The notes beneath the pieces were generated by a model. That model was not told the origin of the DNA. It ran no database searches and saw only the letters and a list, made by a program, of their open reading frames with translations. A DNA stretch of 64,000 bases from an uncultured cyanobacterium (GTDB lineage Bacteria; Cyanobacteriota; Cyanobacteriia; Cyanobacteriales; CAWCAG01): NCBI GenBank assembly GCA_963803805.1, contig CAWDOD010000002.1:256001-320000 (forward strand), in the 5' to 3' direction. Position numbers and translations under genes: made by a program. Shown here piece after piece: positions 48,401 through 58,032 of the stretch. Every line of letters begins with the position of its first letter. Within the stretch, counting starts at the first letter, position 1.

Positions 48401-50959
48401 AGCTTGTAGTTGTACTTGCTGCACTTTGACTTTATCTGCTAATTTCCTAGCTTGTTGCTGAACAACTTGGCATAAAGTGACTTGCTGTTGCCAGTCTCCC
48501 TTTAAATAAGCGGCTTCTGCCCCTAAAGAATGCAAAGACAAGGTTAAATCATAGTGGGTTTGCCAACTTTGGGATGGTAAAAGTGCCAACCCATTGTGGA
48601 AATACTCAAAAGCAGCTTCGTAGGCTGTTGCAGATCCTGCTTTCTGCCCAGCTAGTAAATTCAGCTTCGCAATATCATGCCGTTCCTTTGCTTCTATTGC
48701 CAAGGTAGCACCAAGGTTGAGGTGATCGACAATCTCAAACAATCTTTCTGTATTTGTATTTTGCCACAACTGCCGACCAATTTTCAAATGCACAGCTTGT
48801 TTTTCAGCTTCATTAATTAAAGCATAAGCTGCTTGTTGAATGCGATCATGGGCAAACTTATAAGCTTGTTGCCCTACGGGATAAACCAAGTCTGCTTGAA
48901 GCGCAACTGCTAATTCTTCTCTAACTTGCAATGCTTGCTGATCACAGATCATTACTAAAGTTTCTAAGTCAAAATGCGCTCCCACACAAGCTGCCAAACA
49001 CAAGACTTGTTGACTAGATTGCCGCAACTTCTGTATCTTGGCAATGGTTAACTCTACTACATTATCAGTGATGTTTTTTCCTTCAATCTCAGCCAGATTC
49101 CATTGCCAACCTGCCCTAACAGTTTCGTTGTCATCCAAAGAAGATGCAGAATAGGAAAACGTGATTAATTCTTCTTCATAAAGGGTTTTGAGAAACTCCC
49201 TAACAAAAAAAGGATTGCCTGCGGTTTTACGCAGTATCAACTCTGCCAAGGGTTGCACAAAAGACATCTTGCCTTGCAGGGTAGCCGCAACTAATTGCTG
49301 AATTTGCCCTAAATTCAAAGGAGTTAAGTTAATTTGCTCAACAATACCCCCTTGCTTACTAATATTTTCTAGGGTTAGCATCAAAGGATGAGTAGGACTA
49401 ACTTCATTGTCACGATAAGCACCAATTAAAAGTAGCCCACTTACCTTGTCAGCCATCATAATTTGCATCAGCTTCAAACTTGCTGCATCAGCCCATTGCA
49501 AATCATCAAGGAAGATTATTAAAGGCTGTTGCCAAGAACAAAAAGCTTGAATGAATTTACTAAAAACAAAATTGAAGCGATTTTGAGACTTTGTAGCCCC
49601 TAACTTAGTGACAGCAGGCTGGGAACCAATAATTAGTTCAACTTCTGGTATCACCTCAATAATAACCCTTCCCAAACTTCCCAAAGCCTGTAAAAGCTTG
49701 GTACGCCATTGCTGAAGCTGTTCTTTACTTTGACTCAAAAGCTGTTCTACCAATACCCGCAAAGCAGCAACAACGGCTGAATAGGGGACGTTGCGTTGAA
49801 ACTGCTCAAACTTACCAGAGATAAAGTGATGTTGCTGCAAGGCAAGGGAATTGCGAAACTGCTTAATTAAAGAAGATTTACCAATACCGGAGTAGCCTGC
49901 AACCAGAAGAAGTTCTGAATTATAAGGGGATGAGGGTGTAGAGTGATCAGGGGGTAGGAGATTTTTGTCACTACGATTTTCTGGGCTTAGGGTAACTCTT
50001 TCAAAGGCTGCTAATAACTGGGCAACCTCCGTTTCTCTACCATAAATCTTGTCCGGAATCATGAAGCGATTGGTAATATCCCTTTCACCTAATCTAAAAG
50101 CCTCAACTGTCCCCCTTTCCTGCCATTGCTGGCAACATTTTTGCAGATCATACCTCAACCCCAAAGCACTCTGATAGCGCTCCTCCGGATTTTTGGCCAT
50201 CAACTTCATCACAATATCTGCAACCACCTGGGGAACCTGTTCTTTACTGTTCCCTAATGCCCTTGGCATTTTAGCCAGATGACAATGTACCAACTCCATG
50301 GCATCTTGGGTTTCAAAAGGCAACCTTCCTGTCAATAGTTCGTAAAAAGTTACTCCAAGGGAATAAAAATCAGTGCGATAATCTAAAGCTGAATTTGTTC
50401 TACCCGTTTGTTCTGGAGATATATAAGCTAAAGTTCCCTCAAGAACATTGGGATCGCGGGATAGGGGATTTTCTCGGCTAAAAGTTGTAGAAATACCAAA
50501 ATCAATAATCTTAACCTGCCCCGTTTCTGGGTTAAGAAGGATATTACTAGGATTTATATCTTTATGAATGATATTACTGTGGTGAATTCCCCCCAAAATC
50601 TGGGTTATTTCTATAGCTAGGGGAAAAAACTCTCCTAAAGGTAAAGGATATTCCTTGGGTTGTTTCAGAGATTGACCACCAAAATCTTCCAAAACCAGCA
50701 CCAGAGTTCCCTGATGGTATTCTTGGCTATAAGCAGCGATCGCCCCAGGAATTTTTAGCTTACGAATAATTTCGTACTCCTTTTGGTAGCGATTCAATTC
50801 CTGGGGGTTGGGATATTCTTGCTTGAGGACTTTCAGGATGACACAAAGATCGTCTTTTTCGCGAATGCCACGAAAAATAAGGGAATTGCCACTGTCATAG
50901 AGTTGTTCAGTTAAGCAATAACCAGCAAGTTTTAACATGATTTTTTGTTGGTTTAGCAA
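45455..50959 (-). CDS. HstK-type trifunctional Ser/Thr kinase - AAA ATPase - GAF - histidine kinase
   Basis: HKDINPSN/IIDFG kinase, GYSGIGKS P-loop, FLDDLQW, GAF (LYLEN), VAHEINTPL H-box, HATPase. Confidence 0.93.
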   Translation of the reverse strand: MLNQQKIMLKLAGYCLTEQLYDSGNSLIFRGIREKDDLCVILKVLKQEYPNPQELNRYQKEYEIIRKLKIPGAIAAYSQEYHQGTLVLVLEDFGGQSLKQPKEYPLPLGEFFPLAIEITQILGGIHHSNIIHKDINPSNILLNPETGQVKIIDFGISTTFSRENPLSRDPNVLEGTLAYISPEQTGRTNSALDYRTDFYSLGVTFYELLTGRLPFETQDAMELVHCHLAKMPRALGNSKEQVPQVVADIVMKLMAKNPEERYQSALGLRYDLQKCCQQWQERGTVEAFRLGERDITNRFMIPDKIYGRETEVAQLLAAFERVTLSPENRSDKNLLPPDHSTPSSPYNSELLLVAGYSGIGKSSLIKQFRNSLALQQHHFISGKFEQFQRNVPYSAVVAALRVLVEQLLSQSKEQLQQWRTKLLQALGSLGRVIIEVIPEVELIIGSQPAVTKLGATKSQNRFNFVFSKFIQAFCSWQQPLIIFLDDLQWADAASLKLMQIMMADKVSGLLLIGAYRDNEVSPTHPLMLTLENISKQGGIVEQINLTPLNLGQIQQLVAATLQGKMSFVQPLAELILRKTAGNPFFVREFLKTLYEEELITFSYSASSLDDNETVRAGWQWNLAEIEGKNITDNVVELTIAKIQKLRQSSQQVLCLAACVGAHFDLETLVMICDQQALQVREELAVALQADLVYPVGQQAYKFAHDRIQQAAYALINEAEKQAVHLKIGRQLWQNTNTERLFEIVDHLNLGATLAIEAKERHDIAKLNLLAGQKAGSATAYEAAFEYFHNGLALLPSQSWQTHYDLTLSLHSLGAEAAYLKGDWQQQVTLCQVVQQQARKLADKVKVQQVQLQAAMAQNKQLEAWQTALVFLKQLGVEFPQQPGEADLQQAFAEVDLQGKQPLELLQLPEMKDPAKLVAIKILGNVFSAAFQAVPAMFPLIVCRQVSLSIKYGNAAVSAFAYATYGLILCGIKEDFELGYQFGQLALGLLERDNARKVKTRTMQIVYSFLCHWREPLSNTLQPLQEAYKSAWETGDVEYGAYCAAVYWLHKFFLGEELGTLATGMAKYSEAIAQLKQETALNYHQVYYQVVLNLRGQSQQPCLLQGEAYDEVKMLPLHQEANDKTALYYLYFNKAFLHYLFEEYQQAAENITKAKQYLDGVTATLSIPLFYFYDALIQLAQPQSEELLWQVKVNQEKMEQWANRCPSNFLHKFSLVEAQRYHVVGDKSAAIDYYDLAIAQAKENQYLNEEALANELAAKFYFDWGKPRLALDYLKEAYHCYLKWGATAKVQALQTQYPQLQTKPPALSHISNTNITTTSKTLTSQLDLGAVLQASQAISGEIVLPKLLEKLMVILITNAGAQTGYLILETKGRLFIEAAKRIDQQQASILESISLKHNPNLARSIVNYVWHTHKDVVLDNAIAQAQFSNDPYIKNQQPKSILCTPLINQGKLSGILYLENNLTTGAFTSERLQILQLLSGEAAIAIDNARLYNNLEQKVAERTAKLSTTLRELEATQDELIQAEKMAALGQLVAGVAHEINTPLGAIRSSVQYIGDFLAQQLTQLPEFFQSLSEQQQATFLTLLQLSQENTLMVSGRERRKLRKAVTSVLEAEKIAKASNLANLFIDLGIYANIEPFFPVLKESDSEGFLKIVRQFARLQQSTRDINLASDRAAKVVFALKTYAHYDQSGEKRTINILDGINAVLTLYQNHFKQGVKLVCDYQHISPIQCYFDELNQVWTNLIHNAFQAMSNKGTLTITAWQEEEQIKVSITDSGEGIPTEIQSKIFQPFFTTKPPGEGSGLGLDIVKKIVKKHQGEIDFTSIPGKTTFTVSLPV

Positions 50960-51258
50960 TTTTCTTGAGAGAACTCTGATGCAACCTTAAAAAGCTTTCT
51001 TTTCTGCTAGTTTTTACTAAGCATAATCGATCAAAACTTGATTTTGTGATCTTATATTAACTTTTCTATAAATATTTTTACTTAATTATTTGTCCCGCCT
51101 TAACATTGCTTAATTCTTATTCCTGTGTTGCTGATATCAACTACAAAGATAAATCCTGTAAAAAAACACAACACATTTTCTTTTGCTAAGCTCTCAATAT
51201 GAGACAATTATATGCTTGCTAATTTAATTTTTAAGTTGCAACTGAAGAGTCAAATATA

Positions 51259-52434
51259 ATGCTAAATCCCAACTTAGAAGAAATCGAACTCAGTAAAGAT
51301 GAATACGAACGCTATTCTCGCCATATTATTCTGCCCGAAGTTGGCTTAGAAGGACAAAAACGTCTCAAATCAGCTAGCGTCCTTTGTATTGGTACGGGAG
51401 GATTAGGTTCACCGTTATTACTATATTTAGCTGCTGCTGGTATTGGTAACATCGGTATTGTGGACTTTGATGTTGTTGACAGTTCCAACTTACAAAGACA
51501 GGTTATTCACGGTACATCCTGGGTGGGTAAACCAAAAATAGAGTCTGCGAAGAATCGTATTTTAGAAATTAATCCCTACTGCCAGGTAGATTTATACAAT
51601 ACTCTGCTTAGTTCTGCTAATGCTTTAGATATTGTAGCTAAATATGATGTTGTGGTAGATGGCACTGACAACTTTCCCACCCGCTATTTAGTTAATGATG
51701 CTTGTGTCTTGCTAAACAAACCTAATGTCTACGGTTCCATTTTCCGTTTTGAAGGACAAGCTAGCGTCTTCAACTATCAAGATGGCCCCAACTACCGAGA
51801 CTTATTCCCCGAACCTCCACCACCGGGAATGGTTCCTTCCTGTGCTGAAGGTGGTGTTTTAGGGGTACTATGCGGCATCATTGGTTCTATCCAAGCCACA
51901 GAAACGATCAAAATCATCTTAGGTACAGGGAATACCCTTAGTGGCAGATTGTTGTTATACAATGCCCTAGAGATGAAGTTTAGAGAACTAAAACTACGTC
52001 CTAACCCAGAACGTCCGGTAATTGAAAAATTAATTGATTACCAAGAGTTCTGCGGTATTCCCCAAGCCAAAGCAGAAGAAGAGAAACAAAAAACAGCTAT
52101 GGATGAGATGACAGTACAGGAGTTGAAAGAACTCCTCGACAGTGACAAAGATGATTACTTACTCATTGATGTACGCAACCCCAATGAGTACGAAATTGCC
52201 CAAATTCCTGGTGCGGTGTTAATTCCTCTGCCGGAAATTGAAGAGGGCATAGGTATTGAGAAGGTACAGGAAATGCTTAATGGCCATCGCCTCATTGCCC
52301 ATTGTAAAATGGGAGGACGTTCTGCTAGGGCATTAGCTATTCTTAACCAAACCGTAGGTTTAGAAGGTACTAATGTTGTGGGGGGCATCAGGGCTTGGAG
52401 TCAGGAAATTGATCCTTCTGTTCCAGAATACTAA
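51259..52434 (+). CDS. moeB: Molybdopterin-synthase adenylyltransferase MoeB with rhodanese domain (MoeZ-type)
   Basis: RYSRH, GTGGLG, SNLQRQ, DGTDNF, SCAEGGV; C-terminal rhodanese HCKMGGRS. Confidence 0.93.
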   Translation: MLNPNLEEIELSKDEYERYSRHIILPEVGLEGQKRLKSASVLCIGTGGLGSPLLLYLAAAGIGNIGIVDFDVVDSSNLQRQVIHGTSWVGKPKIESAKNRILEINPYCQVDLYNTLLSSANALDIVAKYDVVVDGTDNFPTRYLVNDACVLLNKPNVYGSIFRFEGQASVFNYQDGPNYRDLFPEPPPPGMVPSCAEGGVLGVLCGIIGSIQATETIKIILGTGNTLSGRLLLYNALEMKFRELKLRPNPERPVIEKLIDYQEFCGIPQAKAEEEKQKTAMDEMTVQELKELLDSDKDDYLLIDVRNPNEYEIAQIPGAVLIPLPEIEEGIGIEKVQEMLNGHRLIAHCKMGGRSARALAILNQTVGLEGTNVVGGIRAWSQEIDPSVPEY

Positions 52435-52486
52435 ATTATTGCTAACGGCTAACAGCTAATGGCTAATGGGTAAAACAATCAATTGA

Positions 52487-52549
52487 GTAAGGGCGGGTTG
52501 ATGAGTATTTTTGAGCAATTCCTAAGATTGATCTCGAATCCGCCCCTAC
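52487..52549. repeat. About 62-nt palindromic REP-like element, copy 2
   Basis: GTAAGGGCGGGTT...ATCCGCCCCTAC; similar to the reverse complement of 34335-34395. Confidence 0.65.
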
Positions 52550-52583
52550 ACACCCTAACCCCCCTACACCCCTAAATTTCTAA

Positions 52584-53117
52584 ATGACTAACATCCGTTC
52601 AAAACTCCCTACCTTCCTCCAGCGTACCGTTAGTTTCACCGCAGCTACCTCTTTGCCTATAGTAGGAGTAGCTGCACTTTCTGCCCCTAGCTATAGTCTG
52701 GAAGCAGATAGTTGGAATCCTTGGCAAGTTTGTGCTATAGAATTAATCAACAGTAATATTTCCCACGAACAAGCTGCCGCAGCTTGTAGTTCAGCAATTG
52801 AACCAAAGGATTTATCCTTTTGTACCATTAAGATTAATTCCCTCACTCCGGTAGATAGTAACATTGCTCTTGCTGCTTGTATTCGAGTGAGAAGACCCTT
52901 AGAATTGGCTAGTTGTGTTGTTGATATCAACAAAGACACAGATAATCCTATACCTTTAGCTGTGGTGGATCACTGCCGCCGCAGTTTGTTACCCATACGC
53001 TATGCAGAGTGTGTCATTGGCTTAGATCGAGAAGTTAACTTTTCCACTAGCCAAGCTTTAGCAACTTGTATTAATGCTGAGGATTTTCCTCGCGTTTTAT
53101 ATCGTACTGGCAACTGA
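52584..53117 (+). CDS. Secreted Cys-rich repeat hypothetical protein
   Basis: Signal-like N-terminus; four roughly 30-aa repeats, each with two Cys. Confidence 0.7.
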   Translation: MTNIRSKLPTFLQRTVSFTAATSLPIVGVAALSAPSYSLEADSWNPWQVCAIELINSNISHEQAAAACSSAIEPKDLSFCTIKINSLTPVDSNIALAACIRVRRPLELASCVVDINKDTDNPIPLAVVDHCRRSLLPIRYAECVIGLDREVNFSTSQALATCINAEDFPRVLYRTGN

Positions 53118-53127
53118 AATATAAATC

Positions 53128-54180
53128 ATGAAGTTTAGTGAGATTCTTAACCACATAACTACTCCTAATGAAGATAATAGCCTGGGTCAACACAAACAAC
53201 TAGACCCAGAAATTCATGCTGTTGCAGCGGTAGATGAGGCAGAATCGGGAACTATTAGTTATATAGAAGGAGCAGGATTTGCTAGGTTTATAGCTAAGAC
53301 GGCTGCAAGTGCTTTAATTTTGCCTTTGGATGTAGAACTACAACAACAAGCTAATGCTAAAGGTATTGCTTGGGTAGCCACATCCCAACCCCGACTGGCA
53401 TTTGCTAAGGCGATCGCCCTTTTTTATCAACCTTGGCAACCGAAGCCGGGAATACACCCTTCAGCAGTTATTGATCCTGGTGCAACCATTGGTAAAGATG
53501 TTTATATTGGCCCGAATGTGGTAATTTCAGCCGAGGTAACTATCGGCGATCGAGTCTCTATCTACGGCAATGTAGTTATTTATCCTCAAGTAGAAATTGG
53601 TGCTGGCACAACCCTACACGCCAACTGTACCATCCACGAACGTAGTAAAATTGGTGCTAATTGTTTTGTTAATAGTGGGGCTGTGATTGGGGCAGAAGGA
53701 TTTGGTTTCGTCCACACCCCAGAAGGGCTTTATAAAATGCCTCAGTCTGGTTATGTCGTCTTAGAAGATGGTGTCGAAGTGGCTTGCAACACAGCTATAG
53801 ATCGTCCTGCTTTAGGGGAAACTCGCATCGGCAAAAATACTAAAATTGATAACCTTGTTCAAGTAGGTCATGGTTGTCAAATTGGTTCAAACTGTGCTAT
53901 ATCAGGACAATCTGGTATGTCTGGGGGAGTCGAACTTGGTAACAGAGTCATCCTCGCAGGCCAAGTTGGGATATCCAACAAAGCAAAACTAGGTGATGGT
54001 GTGATCGCCACTGCCCAAGCAGGTATTCACAAAAATGTTGAATCAGGGCAAATCTTCTCAGGTAGCCCTGCCATTCCTCACCCAGTCTTCCTCAAAGCAG
54101 CAGCTATTTATCAGCGTTTACCGGAGATGTATAAAACATTAAAAAGCCTTAAAAAGCAGTTACCAATTGATAATCGCTAG
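53128..54180 (+). CDS. lpxD: UDP-3-O-(3-hydroxyacyl)glucosamine N-acyltransferase
   Basis: Hexapeptide repeats, IGAEGFGF, TAIDR, KIDNLVQVGH. Confidence 0.96.
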   Translation: MKFSEILNHITTPNEDNSLGQHKQLDPEIHAVAAVDEAESGTISYIEGAGFARFIAKTAASALILPLDVELQQQANAKGIAWVATSQPRLAFAKAIALFYQPWQPKPGIHPSAVIDPGATIGKDVYIGPNVVISAEVTIGDRVSIYGNVVIYPQVEIGAGTTLHANCTIHERSKIGANCFVNSGAVIGAEGFGFVHTPEGLYKMPQSGYVVLEDGVEVACNTAIDRPALGETRIGKNTKIDNLVQVGHGCQIGSNCAISGQSGMSGGVELGNRVILAGQVGISNKAKLGDGVIATAQAGIHKNVESGQIFSGSPAIPHPVFLKAAAIYQRLPEMYKTLKSLKKQLPIDNR

Positions 54181-54234
54181 TTAATAATAGGAAAGCGTGT
54201 ATTATTTACCTATTACAAGCTTTTCTATTACTTA

Positions 54235-54789
54235 ATGCTCAACTCTCTTTTAGGATTAGATGCTGCGCAACTTAATCTTTGGCAAATGGCACTCAGGGCT
54301 GCCTTGGTTTATGTTTTAGCCCTTGTTATGTTACGTTTAGGGGATGATCGTCGCTTCAGTGGTAAATATGCAGCTTTTGATGTAATCTTAGGTATTATTT
54401 TAGGTGCAACTTTGAGTAATGCTATCACGGGAACAGCTCCTTTTTTCCCGACCCTAGTAGCAGGAGGAGTTTTAGTTGTTGTACATTGGCTTGTGGCTGA
54501 ACTTTGTTTTCGTTTTGAAGCTTTTGATCGCGCCATCAAAGGTACTCCCCACATCGTCATTAAAGACGGCGAAACTAAACGTAAAGCTATGGCAATCACT
54601 CGCTTGAATGAGCAAGATTTAGAAGCAATTATTAGAACTCAAGGTAAACTGAGTGATCCTCACCAAGTTAAAATAGCCCGCGTCGAAAAAAGTGGTGATA
54701 TCAGCATAATTCCTGAAAAAACTCCTCCTCAAGTCATCGAATTTACTGTAGAATCTGGAATTCAGACTGTTAAAATTCAGCTTAATTAA
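54235..54789 (+). CDS. DUF421 (YetF-like) membrane protein
   Basis: FDVILGIILG, G.P..VIKDG, VEKSGDISII. Confidence 0.85.
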   Translation: MLNSLLGLDAAQLNLWQMALRAALVYVLALVMLRLGDDRRFSGKYAAFDVILGIILGATLSNAITGTAPFFPTLVAGGVLVVVHWLVAELCFRFEAFDRAIKGTPHIVIKDGETKRKAMAITRLNEQDLEAIIRTQGKLSDPHQVKIARVEKSGDISIIPEKTPPQVIEFTVESGIQTVKIQLN

Positions 54790-54986
54790 ATTCAGAATAA
54801 TTTTTTTGTTAAATGTTCCCTCTAAAACAGTTCTCTTTTTAAAAGATGACCTAAAATAAAAGCCTAATGGAGTAGAAATGGCCACTCTACTGCTTGGGCT
54901 TAGTGCAATCTAATTCTGTATATTTCTCCCTCACACCACTGTCTTAATGTGCTTAATTCTTCACAAGGGGAAAGGAGATCGCAAAC

Positions 54987-56363
54987 ATGAGCAACTACCC
55001 AGATTTTTCTACCTACGGCTATCAAGTCGAAGAGGAAATCAAACAAAATTGCGCCCCCGGTTGTATTTTATATCGGGCGACGGAAATAGCAACACAAAAA
55101 CCTGTATTAATTGAACAGTTTTCTCTCAGTGAAGCTAGAGGAAATTGTGAGTTAGTTGTTGAAGTATTACAGCAACTAAATTGTTCTGGAGTACCTACCT
55201 ATTTCGATTCTTTGATAACTTCTGAAGCTTTTTGTTTAATCCGCCCAGAAACAGGAATTCCTTCTTTAGCTAGCCAGAATAACTTAACTTATCAAGAAGT
55301 TAAGCAAATCGCTATAGGGGTTTTGCAAATATTAGTAAAACTGCAAAAGCAACCTCTTCCTCTCATTCATCGCCAGATTCAACCAGAAAATATTCTCTGG
55401 CAAAATTCCCAGGTTTACTTAGTTAATTTTAGTTTAGCTGTGGTAGTAAAAGAAGACTTAAAAATTAACAACATTAATCAGGGGACTTGGGGCTTTGTCC
55501 CTCCGGAACAATTTCTCCATCAGCCTTTAAATCTTGCCTCGGATCTTTATAGTTTAGGAGTAACAATTATTTGCTTATTAGCCGGCAAAAAATCCACAGA
55601 AATTGCTGATATTATTGACGATACTCGAAGCATTAATTTTGATTTTCTTGTTCCCAACTTAAATCCTCGCTTTGTTGATTGGTTAGATTGTATGGTATCT
55701 CCTAGCACCAGAGAACGTTATGAAAATGCGGCTGAAGCTTTAGCTGTTTTGCAAACTATTGACTCCATTGCTTATCAAAAAACAACTTCCCAAAAGAGAA
55801 ACAACTCATCTCTAATTCCCATGGTGGCTGCAAGTTTTGCTGCTTTAGCAGCCTTGATTCCTATTAGCATTTATAGCCAAAAAGCGATCTTTAGTAATAG
55901 CGATCAATTAGGTTTAGATAAGACTACTAACTTAATTGAACAAGAAGAGAAATCTCCTCTTCAAGGGGAACAAGCCAAAAAGCAGCTATTAGCAACAGGG
56001 AAATGTCAAGATTGTAATTTAGCTTGGACTGATTTAGGAGGGGTAAATCTAGCAGGAGTTGATTTGAAAAGAGCAAACTTAGAAGGGGCAAATTTGGTAG
56101 GTGCGAATTTAGAAGATGCTAACTTAATAGAATCTAATTTAAAGTCAGCTCATTTAGAAAATGCCAACTTAATTAATGCTAATCTTAGGGGGGCAAACTT
56201 AGAAATTGCTAGCCTTTTTAGTACTAACTTATCTGGGGCTAATCTAAGCTATGCTAACATCCAAAGAGCCAATCTGATGGGGGCTAATCTGAAGTATGCC
56301 AAACTATGGCAAGCAGATGTTCAAGGGGCAATGATGCCTAATGGAGTTAATGTTAGTTATTAA
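54987..56363 (+). CDS. Degenerate Ser/Thr kinase-like domain plus TM plus pentapeptide repeats
   Basis: Kinase fold (GFVPPEQ, SDLYSLG) with altered catalytic motifs; A(N/D)LxG repeats at the C-terminus. Confidence 0.85.
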   Translation: MSNYPDFSTYGYQVEEEIKQNCAPGCILYRATEIATQKPVLIEQFSLSEARGNCELVVEVLQQLNCSGVPTYFDSLITSEAFCLIRPETGIPSLASQNNLTYQEVKQIAIGVLQILVKLQKQPLPLIHRQIQPENILWQNSQVYLVNFSLAVVVKEDLKINNINQGTWGFVPPEQFLHQPLNLASDLYSLGVTIICLLAGKKSTEIADIIDDTRSINFDFLVPNLNPRFVDWLDCMVSPSTRERYENAAEALAVLQTIDSIAYQKTTSQKRNNSSLIPMVAASFAALAALIPISIYSQKAIFSNSDQLGLDKTTNLIEQEEKSPLQGEQAKKQLLATGKCQDCNLAWTDLGGVNLAGVDLKRANLEGANLVGANLEDANLIESNLKSAHLENANLINANLRGANLEIASLFSTNLSGANLSYANIQRANLMGANLKYAKLWQADVQGAMMPNGVNVSY

Positions 56364-56368
56364 AGCCT

Positions 56369-57895
56369 ATGCTAGCTAGGGTTTGGAGTGCATCTATTGT
56401 TGGTATTAATGCTGTTCAAGTTGGTGTCGAAGTTGATGTGTCGGGAGGGCTACCTAAAACTGTAGTAGTGGGTTTGCCAGATGCGGCGGTTCAAGAATCG
56501 CGAGAAAGGGTGAAAGCAGCCTTGAAAAATGCAGATTTTGCCTTTCCGGGAGGCAACATCGTTATCAATCTTACCCCAGCAGATTTGCGTAAAGAAGGTC
56601 CTAGCTTTGACTTGCCTATTAGTGTCGGAATTTTAGCCGCTTCAGGACAGGTAAATGCCCAATTATTGGGGGATTATTTATTTTTAGGAGAAGTTTCCTT
56701 AGATGGCAGCCTCCGGGCGATCGCTGGGGTTTTACCCATTGCCGCTAGTGCCTCAGAATTTGGTATCACTGGTTTAGTTGTTCCTGTGGATAATGCCCAG
56801 GAAGCGGCGGTGGTAGCAGGAATTTCTGTATATGGATTTCAACATATCTCAGAAGTTACCGACTTTCTTAACAGGCCAAATCAATATAAACCAGTAGTCT
56901 CAAACCCGCAAGAAAAATTAGGACAATCCCAGGTTTATGAACCAGATCTAAAAGATGTGAAAGGACAAAACCATGCCCGTCGTGCCTTAGAAATTGCTGC
57001 TGCTGGAGGGCATAACCTGATTTTAGTGGGGCCACCTGGTAGTGGTAAAACCATGTTAGCCAGACGCTTACCAGGCATTCTACCGCCATTGAGTTTCCAA
57101 GAAGCCTTAGATGTGTCGCAAATCCATTCCGTAGCTGGTTTTCTCAAAGATAAAGGTTCTTTAGTTACTAAGCGTCCTTTTCGTAGTCCTCACCACTCTG
57201 CTTCTGGCCCTTCTTTAGTTGGGGGTGGAAGCTTTCCCCGTCCTGGAGAAATATCCTTGGCGCACCGTGGGGTACTATTTCTCGATGAGTTAACAGAGTT
57301 TAAACGCAATGTTTTAGAATTTTTGCGCCAACCCTTAGAAGATGGCTTTGTGGCCATTTCTCGCACTCGCCAATCCGTCGTCTTCCCTTCCCAATTCACC
57401 CTTGTAGCCAGTACTAACCCCTGTCCTTGCGGTTACTACGGCGACCCCATCCAACAATGTACCTGCTCTCCTCGCCAAAGAGAACAGTATTGGGCCAAAC
57501 TTTCTGGTCCTTTAATGGATCGCATTGATTTACAAGTATCTGTAAACCGCCTCAAACCAGAAGAAATGACTCGCCAAACCACAGGAGAACAATCAGAACC
57601 CGTTAGAATTAGAGTTCAACAAGCCCGCGATCTTGCCTCACAACGTTTCCAAACAGAAAAAATTCAGTGCAATGCAGAAATGAAAAGTCATCACCTACGT
57701 CACTTTTGTCAACTTGATGATGCCAGTCGTAACATCTTAGAAGGGGCGATTCGTAAATTAGGTCTTTCTGCCAGGGCAATGGATCGGGTATTAAAAGTAG
57801 GGCGGACTATTGCCGATTTAGCAGGGGAGGAAAATATGCAAACTGCCCACCTAGCTGAGGCAATTCAATATCGTACTCTTGATCGGGTTCAGTAA
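56369..57895 (+). CDS. comM: YifB/ComM Mg-chelatase-like AAA ATPase
   Basis: VGLPDAAVQESRERV, GPPGSGKT, RSPHHS, LFLDE, NPCPCG. Confidence 0.93.
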   Translation: MLARVWSASIVGINAVQVGVEVDVSGGLPKTVVVGLPDAAVQESRERVKAALKNADFAFPGGNIVINLTPADLRKEGPSFDLPISVGILAASGQVNAQLLGDYLFLGEVSLDGSLRAIAGVLPIAASASEFGITGLVVPVDNAQEAAVVAGISVYGFQHISEVTDFLNRPNQYKPVVSNPQEKLGQSQVYEPDLKDVKGQNHARRALEIAAAGGHNLILVGPPGSGKTMLARRLPGILPPLSFQEALDVSQIHSVAGFLKDKGSLVTKRPFRSPHHSASGPSLVGGGSFPRPGEISLAHRGVLFLDELTEFKRNVLEFLRQPLEDGFVAISRTRQSVVFPSQFTLVASTNPCPCGYYGDPIQQCTCSPRQREQYWAKLSGPLMDRIDLQVSVNRLKPEEMTRQTTGEQSEPVRIRVQQARDLASQRFQTEKIQCNAEMKSHHLRHFCQLDDASRNILEGAIRKLGLSARAMDRVLKVGRTIADLAGEENMQTAHLAEAIQYRTLDRVQ

Positions 57896-58032
57896 AAGTA
57901 ATTATTTAAGCAAGAAGAGTTTATCGAAACTTTATGGTTTATCCTTAATTCTTCACTGAATCTTGACCTAAAGCTTTGTAGAGAAAGCTTATACTTAACC
58001 TCATCAGGAAGAAGTCAGGGTCACTACAAATT

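Noticed and set aside
56010-56330. 15-bp periodic repeats
   Set aside because: Pentapeptide-repeat coding sequence
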